In this document: piece by piece, positions 1-7,917 of the stretch
How the letters are laid out: each line of letters opens with the position of its first letter
How positions within the stretch are numbered: position 1 is the stretch's first letter
From: Pseudomonadota bacterium
GTDB lineage: Bacteria > Myxococcota > JACRCW01 > JAFGSX01
Length of the DNA stretch: 37,886 bases
Assembly: GCA_043821645.1 (NCBI GenBank)
Contig: JBDRCO010000083.1
Coordinates: 1-37,886 of the forward strand
Direction: 5' to 3'
Made by a program: the position numbers and the translations under genes
Notes under the pieces: model-generated
Databases searched by the model: none
What the model was told of the DNA's origin: nothing
The model's input: only the letters and a program-made list of their open reading frames with translations

Positions 1-213
1 CACATCGACGACGTTCCCCGTCCTCGGATTGCGCCCGGTATAGCCCTTGTAGGTCTTGACCTGGAAGGACCCGAACCCACGCAGCTCGATCCGCTCGCCC
101 CGGGCCATGGCAGCGGTCATGAGGTCGAAGATGTGATTGACGATGAACTCGGCCTTCTTGACGGTCAGCTTGCTCCGCCTGGAGAGTTCCTCGACGAGGT
201 CAGACTTGTTCAT
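1..213 (-). CDS. ihfB: Integration host factor beta / HU-family DNA-binding protein (3' end outside the window)
   Basis: Hand translation (absent from the ORF track): MNKSDLVEELSRRSKLTVKKAEFIVNHIFDLMTAAMARGERIELRGFGSFQVKTYKGYTGRNPRTGNVVDV, with the RIELRGFGSF and GRNPRTG signatures. Confidence 0.85.
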   Translation of the reverse strand, partial: MNKSDLVEELSRRSKLTVKKAEFIVNHIFDLMTAAMARGERIELRGFGSFQVKTYKGYTGRNPRTGNVVDV

Positions 214-397
214 GCGCAAGCCCCCGTATCCGGCTCATTCACCATTGCACTGCAGCAGTCTCTTCTCCCGGGATCGTAGACCGGTTCCGCCCGGCGAAGC
301 CAGGCTCCTGTGAAGGGGCAGAATGAGCCGATGGGATGGGCTCCCGCTGAGGCTAGGAGGCGGGAGCGGGCGAGGTCCAGGCAGGCAGAAAGCAGTC

Positions 398-432
398 GGC
401 AGGGCCACCCCGGACGAGGTGGCCCCCCTGCC
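398..432 (-). terminator. Probable hairpin terminator after the HU gene
   Basis: GGGCCACC (402-409) / GGTGGCCC (418-425) stem just past the stop at 437; the U-tract is weak. Confidence 0.4.
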
Positions 433-436
433 CTGC

Positions 437-733
437 TTACTTCATCACCGCGTCCTTGAAGGCCTTGGCCATGCGGGCCCTGACGACGGTCTTGGCAGGA
501 ATCTGCACCGGCTCGCCGGTCCGCGGGTTGCGGCCCATGCGGGCAGCGCGCTCGCGCTTGGTGAACTTGCCAAAGCCAGGCAGCGAGAAGGCGCCATTGG
601 TCTTGGTCTCCTTGATGGCGAGGTCAGAAAGCTCGGTGAGGACATCGGACGCCATGGCCTTCGGCATTCCGAAGGTATCGGCGATGTGCTTGACGACCTG
701 GGACTTGGACATGACCTTCTGCTTCGTGGGCAT
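437..733 (-). CDS. HU-family DNA-binding protein
   Basis: 98 aa, MSKSQVVKHIA...FSLPGFGKF...RAARMGRNPRTGEPVQIPAK...AKAFKDAV. Confidence 0.93.
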   Translation of the reverse strand: MPTKQKVMSKSQVVKHIADTFGMPKAMASDVLTELSDLAIKETKTNGAFSLPGFGKFTKRERAARMGRNPRTGEPVQIPAKTVVRARMAKAFKDAVMK

Positions 734-1020
734 TTACGTGCTCCTTGAGTTAACAAAACTGCGCGTTTTCTACCCCCGAACAAGATCGCTGTCCATGGAA
801 AAATTCTCTTTTTTTATTCGGAACGGCTCATTTTAATTGACCTCATTTGCGTTGACAGGAGGTCTTCTTGATGGCTGGACCTCGAGCAGGGCCCTGCCGG
901 CGCAACAAGTAGGCCTATTTCTGCACAATAATAAGATGTTACCAGCGTTCAGGAAGCTTTGCGGCAGAGCCCCGGTGTCCAAAATCAGGGCATCCTGGCG
1001 GGCCGGATGATGATGCAACA

Positions 1021-1116
1021 GCCACGAGGGCCCTCGACTTCAAGCGCCTGATGGAGTGGGGACTGATCGAGAGGCAGGGCAAAGGCAAAAACACGTATTA
1101 CAGGCTCACGAGCTGA
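1021..1116 (+). pseudogene. Remnant C-terminal winged HTH (Fic/RecG-associated type)
   Basis: ATRALDFKRLMEWGLIERQGKGKNTYYRLTS*; no in-frame start codon after the upstream in-frame TAG at 910-912. Confidence 0.55.
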
Positions 1117-1125
1117 CCTCGTCTC

Positions 1126-1797
1126 TCAACCCTGGGCCTTCTTGGCCTTGTACTGCTCCCACGCCGACAGCATCTTGTTGCTGACCGCGGCGGGGGCGCC
1201 CTTCACGGCAGCCTTCGGCCTTCCGGGCTTCTTGGCCACGGTCTTCTTGGCGACCTTCTTCGCCGCCTTGGGGCGACCCGGCTTTCCAGCCTTCTTCGCC
1301 GGCTTCTTGGCCGCGTTCTTCGAGCCCTTCGGTCGTCCGGGCTTGCCAGCCTTCTTCTTGGCCACCTTCTTCGCAGCCTTCTTGGCGGTCTTCTTCCTGG
1401 CGACCTTCTTCGTGGCCTTCTTCACCACCTTCTTGGCAGTCTTCTTGGCGACCTTCGCCTTGCCAGCCTGCCGGCCAGCCCAGTAAGCCTTCATGCGCTT
1501 GCGAGCAGCAGCCCGTGCCGCCGCGCTCCAGCCCTTGTTCGACCTCTTGGCCTTCTTGCCAGCCTTCTTGGTTGCTTTCTTCGCTACCTTCTTCGGCCGA
1601 CCAGCCTTCTTCTTGGCAGGTCCGCGACGAGCACCGCCACCACCACCACCCAGAGCCTTCTTGGCTCCCTCCAGCGAGGAAATCTGTCCCTCGATCTTCT
1701 TTTTCTCGACGTCAAGCTCCTTGATGGCTGCGTCGATGGCCTTCATTGCGCTGTCTATCATGTCGAACCCCGTCGGAAGTTGTTGGATACCCTTCAT
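1126..1797 (-). CDS. Histone H1-like Lys/Ala-rich DNA-binding protein with N-terminal coiled coil and GRP (AT-hook-like) motifs
   Basis: Coiled coil IDAAIKELDVEKKKIEGQISSLE, basic helix WSAAARAAARKRMKAYWA, many AKK repeats and four GRPK motifs. Confidence 0.8.
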   Translation of the reverse strand: MKGIQQLPTGFDMIDSAMKAIDAAIKELDVEKKKIEGQISSLEGAKKALGGGGGGARRGPAKKKAGRPKKVAKKATKKAGKKAKRSNKGWSAAARAAARKRMKAYWAGRQAGKAKVAKKTAKKVVKKATKKVARKKTAKKAAKKVAKKKAGKPGRPKGSKNAAKKPAKKAGKPGRPKAAKKVAKKTVAKKPGRPKAAVKGAPAAVSNKMLSAWEQYKAKKAQG

Positions 1798-1975
1798 TGA
1801 TTAGTATCACGTTGATCGATCCTGACTACTACTTAGTGAACTCACGCGGAGGTCAGCACTCGGGATGCCTGCACCTCACATGCGCAGAGGGATGGATGTT
1901 GCACAATTGTCCGCTTGCATCACGGCCGCAATTGGTTCGATGTTCTGGCGCGTCACCGACCTTCGCAGTGTCCTG

Positions 1976-2608
1976 TCACGGCCAGCAGGCGCCTTGGTCG
2001 GCACAGGGACCATAGCCCAGATATCCCCTCGTCACTTGCTCACATGGCCACACTTCTCCGATCCATGTGATCGGCAGCGTCGATGAAGCAACGCGACCCA
2101 CCATCACGCGTTCTCGTGTGGGCTGTTCCCTGACCAGCGCCTGCATCGGTGGAAGCAAACCATTCCTTTTCTGAAACTCGGCGAGCTGCAGAGGGTCGTG
2201 CTCGACCTGGAATGAGATCTGCCAGGTGCCAGGTGGCGGTGAATAGAGGCTGACTGAGACTGCAAACGGCTGTTTCCCTGGCATCAGCAATCGCGGCCCC
2301 AGGTCGACGACCTGACGCAGCATCACTCGCTCGCCCTTGCGTTCGGCCCAGAACGTGGAGCGTCCGACCAGCCAGACCGGCTGGTCGCCACTCACCGCCA
2401 CCACAGCTCGCACGTTGAACACACGATCATATGGCGTGCCATCTGGCACGTTGCGGGGCTCCGGTTCGAGCCAGAGCCGCAGGTGCGAGCCATCTATCTG
2501 CAATGCGCTCGGGACTTCACTCGTCAGTTCGCGAGCTGCCCTCGTGTCGGGGCTGCCGGCGATGACCGCCAGGGCCACAAGAAAGCCCACCGTTCGTCGA
2601 GGGGACAC
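1976..2608 (-). CDS. Hypothetical exported protein
   Basis: GTG start behind GGAGGT; signal-like N-terminus RRTVGFLVALAVIAG; 210 aa. Confidence 0.55.
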   Translation of the reverse strand: MSPRRTVGFLVALAVIAGSPDTRAARELTSEVPSALQIDGSHLRLWLEPEPRNVPDGTPYDRVFNVRAVVAVSGDQPVWLVGRSTFWAERKGERVMLRQVVDLGPRLLMPGKQPFAVSVSLYSPPPGTWQISFQVEHDPLQLAEFQKRNGLLPPMQALVREQPTRERVMVGRVASSTLPITWIGEVWPCEQVTRGYLGYGPCADQGACWP

Positions 2609-2907
2609 GCCTCACCTCCCGTGATCCGCGAGGGGCTAGACGGCAGAGTCGGAGGAAAGTTCTGAAGTGAGGAAGATCCCACCAACCTCCAGGCCATGCC
2701 CTCAAGCAATCCCCTTCCCCAGGACCACCTCCAGGCCACATCCCCACTAGGACCGCATCTTCCCGTTTCTCCTGCATTTCTAGTTTGCGCATTTAGTGAA
2801 CTGCGCACTTGCGCAACACAACCCCCGCCCCTTTCCTGCCCCCCCCTCGCGCCCTCCCCCGCCAGCGAGAGGCCGCTCCGGGGCCTCCAGCAGAAAGGGA
2901 GACCGCA

Positions 2908-3186
2908 ATGCTCATCGAGTTCTCGTTCGACCGCATGGGTTCGCTGTATCTCAGACCGGTGTCGAAGCGCTGGCAGCGCCGCATCGGGCGCCATCTTGCT
3001 GAGTTCAGTGTCGCCTGGGACGGCGACGTCCTGCTCCAGGAGGGCTCGCCCGACATCGAGCCCACGCTGGAGCTGCTCCCCAGCCAGAAGCGCCAGGCCC
3101 TCGAAGCCGGCTGGGGCCCCGTGACGTCGAGAGTGGACCCGTGGATCTTCCTTCACCACGTCGGCTACGACGCCCACTGCCTGTAG
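2908..3186 (+). CDS. Small hypothetical protein (92 aa)
   Basis: ATG at 2908 with AAGGGAG RBS; high-GC3 codon usage like the element backbone. Confidence 0.7.
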   Translation: MLIEFSFDRMGSLYLRPVSKRWQRRIGRHLAEFSVAWDGDVLLQEGSPDIEPTLELLPSQKRQALEAGWGPVTSRVDPWIFLHHVGYDAHCL

Positions 3187-3248
3187 TCCCGTCCTCCCTA
3201 TCTTCCCTTTCAAGGCCAGTGTCTCTGAGCTGTGGGGGTTAACAGATG

Positions 3249-3298
3249 ATGATACTTATTGAATGACATAGTATTCTTGGGTATCCTTTTTGTATCAT
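3249..3298 (+). promoter_or_regulatory. Sigma70-type promoter with flanking inverted repeat upstream of AbiEi
   Basis: TTGAAT (3259-3264), 17-bp spacer, TATCCT (3282-3287); ATGATAC (3249-3255) / GTATCAT (3292-3298) inverted repeat. Confidence 0.55.
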
Positions 3299-3905
3299 GC
3301 CGTCCACCTCCAACACGAAGGTCGAAGAGCTCCTCCGGCTGGCCGAAAAGGGGCCCGTGCGGGCGCGGGATCTCAACCTGGGCGGCATTCCCCGAGCGTA
3401 CCTCAAGAGGCTATGTGACCGCGGAGTGCTCGAGCAGGTCGATCGCGGGCTTTACCGGCTTGCCGACTCACCAGTCTCCGAGCTGCATTCGCTGGCGGAG
3501 GTGGCCAAGCGTGTCCCGCATGCCGTGATCTGTCTGCTCAGCGCCCTGCAGGTTCATGGACTGACGACCGAGGTACCCCATGCGGTCTGGGTGCTCATCG
3601 ACCGCCACGCTCGGCTACCAAAAGTTTCCTACCCCAAGCTTGTGGTGGTTCGAGCGAGTGGCACAGCTCGCTCCCATGGTGTCGAGAAGCGAATCATCGA
3701 GGGCGTTCAGGTTCACCTGACGACCCCCTCCAAGACGGTCGCCGACTGTTTCCGGTACCGTCGCCACGTCGGTCTTGATGTGGCCCTCGCAGCCATGCGC
3801 GACTACCTCCGCAAGCACAGGGGAGGAATCGACGCCCTGGTCGAGGCCGCCCGCGCCGATCGCGTATACCCACTGATGCGCCCGTACCTGGAGGCGCTCG
3901 CATGA
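3297..3905 (+). CDS. abiEi: Type IV TA antitoxin, AbiEi family
   Basis: N-terminal wHTH (RARDL..GI...LKRL..RG.LEQVDRGLYRL), VICLLSAL.VHGLT, TTPSKTVADCFRYRRHVGLDVAL and PYLEAL motifs. Confidence 0.9.
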   Translation: MPSTSNTKVEELLRLAEKGPVRARDLNLGGIPRAYLKRLCDRGVLEQVDRGLYRLADSPVSELHSLAEVAKRVPHAVICLLSALQVHGLTTEVPHAVWVLIDRHARLPKVSYPKLVVVRASGTARSHGVEKRIIEGVQVHLTTPSKTVADCFRYRRHVGLDVALAAMRDYLRKHRGGIDALVEAARADRVYPLMRPYLEALA

Positions 3906-4079
3906 AGGCTGCAAAGCCGAGAAACACCGGCGCGTCCGTGCAAGTCCAAGGTGGCGGGTGGTGAGAACCTGGCCGACACCGTCATGGTCATTGTGGCCTT
4001 CATCGAAAAGCCCCTGCATGCTGCGGCGACCAGGACTCGCCTTGTGGCCCGCTGGCGAGCAGGTGGCCCCTGGAGCTGA
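3902..4079 (+). pseudogene. abiEii: AbiEii toxin with large internal deletion
   Basis: ATGA overlap with abiEi; N-terminus MKAAKPRNTGASVQ joined out of frame to C-terminus KSKVAGGENLADTVMVIVAFIEKPL...RWRAGGPWS* (3942-4079). Confidence 0.75.
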
Positions 4080-4100
4080 CAGGAACGGAGCACATGCCGC

Positions 4101-4631
4101 TCACCCTCCCAAGCTCCTCCCCAACCTCTCATCCCCCTGAGCCGCTATCTCCTCGAAGCACGCATCGAGTCGCGGAAACACGTCCCACCGCTCCACTCCC
4201 AGCTTCCTGGCCACCTGGTCAATGACCTCGAGCTCGAGCTCCGGCTGCCGCCTGCCCTTCCACAGCGTGTCGGCAAGCGCCACCACCAGCTCCTCGAACG
4301 AGACTTCCAGCTCCTGGTAGCGCGAGTGCGACAGGCAGAAGCGGGCGAGCCTCGGATCCACCCCCTGCTCCAGCATGAACCGCTCACCCGCGGGCTCGTG
4401 CTCGTTGCCCCCACCGGACATCTCCTCCGGGTGCACGATCTTGCCAGCGTCGTGGATGGCAGCTCCCAGCTCGACCAGCCTGGCGTCGAACGACACTCCC
4501 AGTCCGCGCAGCTCCTCCACGAGCAGCGCGGCCACCTCCCCCACCAGCTCCAGGTGCCTGAGCAGGTGCTCGGGAGCACCAAGCTCCACCAGGAAGCTCA
4601 GCACCTCGTCCCTGGATTCCAGGCTCCTCAA
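4101..4631 (-). CDS. HD-domain phosphohydrolase
   Basis: LLRHLELV...GAAIHDAGK...HE...H...LADTLWKG motifs; TTG start at 4631 with GGAGG RBS, overlapping the upstream stop. Confidence 0.85.
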   Translation of the reverse strand: MRSLESRDEVLSFLVELGAPEHLLRHLELVGEVAALLVEELRGLGVSFDARLVELGAAIHDAGKIVHPEEMSGGGNEHEPAGERFMLEQGVDPRLARFCLSHSRYQELEVSFEELVVALADTLWKGRRQPELELEVIDQVARKLGVERWDVFPRLDACFEEIAAQGDERLGRSLGG

Positions 4632-4999
4632 CGCTTCCGACCTCCACCCCGTCGTCGCCTGCTGCGCTCGTTCTTCACCTGCGCGACCTCGAGCACCAGG
4701 AAGTCGCGCAGGATGCTGTGGGTTGTTCCCAGCTCCTGCTCCCAGGGTAGATCTGGAAGCGGGTCGTTCTCCATGTTCTCGACGAGAAGGAGTTCGAGCG
4801 CACACAAGGCAAGGAAGTCGCTCTCGTCCGTGTTCGCACCGAAGCCTATGGCGTCGAGGAATTGACTGTGCGCGAGGGCAAGGTGCTTCTGGTACTGGTT
4901 GATCGTCGTGGCGGCGGACGCAGCCTCCCTGTGCCACCTGGCAGAGTCGTAGTACTTGTAAGCCTTTTCAAGTGCTGCCGCCTTGTGTTCATCCGCCAT
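4628..4999 (-). CDS. Hypothetical helical protein coupled to the HD gene
   Basis: 123 aa from ATG 4999; TTGA stop/start overlap with the HD gene. Confidence 0.65.
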   Translation of the reverse strand: MADEHKAAALEKAYKYYDSARWHREAASAATTINQYQKHLALAHSQFLDAIGFGANTDESDFLALCALELLLVENMENDPLPDLPWEQELGTTHSILRDFLVLEVAQVKNERSRRRRGGGRKR

Positions 5000-5153
5000 G
5001 GTTGCCCCCCACAAGGACCATGCAGGCATGCGCCACCCTCACCGGCACTGCCTTACAAGCTCCAGGACGTCTGCCAGGGTCCTTTTCTGACAGCACGTCC
5101 CCCTCTACCCTATGGGGCACCTCGACCCGAGCAGGCCGGCCAACGAAGTCCTC

Positions 5154-5174
5154 CCCCCACCGGACAGGCACCTC
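5154..5174 (+). repeat. 21-bp direct repeat A, copy 1
   Basis: CCCCCACCGGACAGGCACCTC, identical at 10828-10848. Confidence 0.9.
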
Positions 5175-5315
5175 CTGGCCGGGGGGACCGCTTCATGGCC
5201 CATGGCAACAAGACGGTGGTGTGCGACGGAGCACAACGGTGTGGCGCCCGCTAATTGCGACGGATTGTGTGAATCGTGTACCCTGAGGATGACACTTAGA
5301 AGGGGGGGAGGAGAC

Positions 5316-7916
5316 GTGGAAGCGTCCTTGACCGCCCGCCGGCATCTTCAGGAATGCGACGCCGACAACCCCCCACCAGAACGCCGTCGCTCGCCGCGGC
5401 GTCACAACGCGCGCGCGACGACCGCGCTGAGCCTGCTGGCAGCCCTGAGCTGCACTCCTGCAGTCGGTCCCGACGGCGCCGAGCGTGACGCAGGAGCGGC
5501 GGACAAAGGTTGGTTCGACGCCGGGGGCCGCGACTCGGAGGACGCGGCTTCCCTGCGGGACGGGCCTGGTCCTGACATCGCGGATGGCAGCCCCGGCGAC
5601 GCCATGGTGGATTCCGGCTCGCGCGATGTGGCGACCGTGGACAGAGCGCCCGTGGAGTGCGCAGCGCCGCCACCGCTTGCACCCACCTGCCCGATCGTCG
5701 ATGTCGACGGCTTGGCGGCCGAAGGCCCGGTGCGGCCTGGCCAGGTTGCCAGGCTCGACGCCACCCTTCTCTTCCCGGGGCAGTCCCTCGCCGCCAGCGA
5801 TGTGCGCTGGCACGTCTTGTGGGCGCCTCCGCTCAGCCGGGTCAGCCTGTGGCCGGCCGCCGGTGCGCAGACTCGCTTGCTGGTCGAACCGTCGGGGATC
5901 TTCAACACCTACCTCCTGGGGGTCGGCGACGTCGGGTCCTACGTCGTCGAGGCCACACTCGGCGGGGGTGCACAGAGCGCGAGCTGCGAGCTGCAGGTCG
6001 CCGTGCCGATGGGGCTCTACGTGCAGGCCAGCCGCGAGGTGGGAAACCCGGACGTCGAGCTCGTGCTGCTCAAGGAGGACGACCAGCAGCGCTTCTGCCT
6101 GGCGGCCAGCGTGCTGGACAATGTCGATCTGTCGGGCTTGGCCTGGTGGTGCAGCGACGAGGAAGGGCTGCGCTCGACCTGCTATCTCGGAAACTGCGAG
6201 GGTGGCGCGGGGCCGGTGCCCGACTGGGATGGCGATCAGGTGCAGGGCTCGGCCGGCGATCCTCGCATCGCGTTGCGCGATCGCCTGAGCGGCTACCCCG
6301 AGGCCATCCACGTGCCACAGCCGGGCGCCGGACGCTACCTGGTAGGGGCTCTCATCTGGAGCACTGGCGGCGGGTCACCTCCCCCGGTGAGTACCCAGAT
6401 CCGGGTCTACGCCGACGGGCAGCTTCTGGCCGCAGCGCAGAATGACCTGAGCCCGCGCACCTTCTGGGAACCCTTCGTCGTCGAGTGGCCCCAGCCCGCG
6501 TCAGGGACGCCCTGTGCGATGCTGCCGCCAGACACGACGCGGGGTTGCCTGGCACCCACCGGCCAGCCCGCCTGCAGCGCTGCGCAACCCTGCGGTCCGG
6601 GCGCTCGCTGCGACCTCGGGCGCAGCCGGTGCATCCCCGCCGTCCCCTGTTGCGACAGCGCGCTGCAGTGCGATCCGGGTCAGGCCTGCGAGCCGGCCAG
6701 CCAGACCTGCGCGGTCGGCTGGTGCACCCCGGAGCAAGCCTGCGTCGACGCGCACCGCCAGTGCGTGGCAGAGACCCTGAGCTGCAGCGGCCAGTACCTC
6801 CCCTGCGAGGGTGAGCACGAGCCAGACGACACGCTGGCCACAGCGACGCAGGTCCTGCAGCTCCCCTACGGTGACACCGCCTGCCTGGGCAACGACGACT
6901 TTCTTGAGATCCCGGTTCACGCCGGGACCCGGCTGCGCGTGCCTGTCCATTTCACCAGCGCCAACCAGAGCCAGACGGATGGCATCGAGGGCCGTCTTTA
7001 CAACCTGCAGGGCGTCGAGCTGCAGCGGGTGACCATCAACCAGCGATACGAGCTCCGGCTTGAGCAGGACATCGACGCCGACGGCTCCCTGGTGGTGCTG
7101 GTGCGCAACCGCTCGACCGCCGTGGCGAGCCAGCCCTACGAGCTGACGATCCTGGAGACCAGCATCCTGGACTGCGCGAACGACCCCGGCGAACCCAACG
7201 ACAGCCTCGAGCTGGCCAGCCAGTCTCCGCTGGAGGCCGGCTCCCACGACCTGCTGATGTGCGGTGTCCAGGACACCGATCACTACGCGATCAAGGTGCC
7301 GGCCAGCAACCAGCTGCGCACGCACCTGTCCTTCGAGCCGACTGATGGCAGCCTGCACCAGACGCTCCTCGATGCCAGCGGCACTCGGCTTCACACCCAC
7401 GACGATGGCCCGATGTCCTCGACGCATCTGCACTACAAGGCGCAAGGTTCGGATGAGAACGTCGTCCTGCGCATCAGGAGAAGCACGGTCATCGACGACG
7501 ATCTCCCCTATCACCTGGAGCTCGAGCTGGTGGACTGCCAGGACGGCCACGAGCCCAATGACGACAGGGACAGCGCGGTGCGGCTGGAACCGGGGACCTT
7601 CCAGGGCAACCTCTGCGACGAGGCGGAGCTGGACTTCTTTGCCCTGGACACCGCGGTGGGCGGCAGCCTGAGCGTCACCTTTCAGGCACTCAGCGGCCAG
7701 GGCATCGACGTCACCCTGTTCGACGCGGACGGAATGCGCATCGACGGCAACACCTCGCGCGGCACGGCCACCACCCTGACTCGGGACAACCTGACGGGCA
7801 GCCGCTATGTGATCGAGGTGGAGAGCGAGAACGACCTGCTCCCCCTCGACCGCATTTTGTACAGCTTGACCGTCGACGTGGCACCGCACGTGGACGCGGG
7901 GGTGGACGGTGGTTGA
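5316..7916 (+). CDS. Large Cys-rich lipoprotein with PPC-like (EPND) repeat domains
   Basis: GTG at 5316 behind GGAGGAG (start uncertain); lipobox-like LAALSC; DAG-rich linker; Cys-rich segment; three E-P-[ND]-D-led beta domains with D.D.[FY] motifs. Confidence 0.75.
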   Translation: MEASLTARRHLQECDADNPPPERRRSPRRHNARATTALSLLAALSCTPAVGPDGAERDAGAADKGWFDAGGRDSEDAASLRDGPGPDIADGSPGDAMVDSGSRDVATVDRAPVECAAPPPLAPTCPIVDVDGLAAEGPVRPGQVARLDATLLFPGQSLAASDVRWHVLWAPPLSRVSLWPAAGAQTRLLVEPSGIFNTYLLGVGDVGSYVVEATLGGGAQSASCELQVAVPMGLYVQASREVGNPDVELVLLKEDDQQRFCLAASVLDNVDLSGLAWWCSDEEGLRSTCYLGNCEGGAGPVPDWDGDQVQGSAGDPRIALRDRLSGYPEAIHVPQPGAGRYLVGALIWSTGGGSPPPVSTQIRVYADGQLLAAAQNDLSPRTFWEPFVVEWPQPASGTPCAMLPPDTTRGCLAPTGQPACSAAQPCGPGARCDLGRSRCIPAVPCCDSALQCDPGQACEPASQTCAVGWCTPEQACVDAHRQCVAETLSCSGQYLPCEGEHEPDDTLATATQVLQLPYGDTACLGNDDFLEIPVHAGTRLRVPVHFTSANQSQTDGIEGRLYNLQGVELQRVTINQRYELRLEQDIDADGSLVVLVRNRSTAVASQPYELTILETSILDCANDPGEPNDSLELASQSPLEAGSHDLLMCGVQDTDHYAIKVPASNQLRTHLSFEPTDGSLHQTLLDASGTRLHTHDDGPMSSTHLHYKAQGSDENVVLRIRRSTVIDDDLPYHLELELVDCQDGHEPNDDRDSAVRLEPGTFQGNLCDEAELDFFALDTAVGGSLSVTFQALSGQGIDVTLFDADGMRIDGNTSRGTATTLTRDNLTGSRYVIEVESENDLLPLDRILYSLTVDVAPHVDAGVDGG

Positions 7917-7917
7917 A

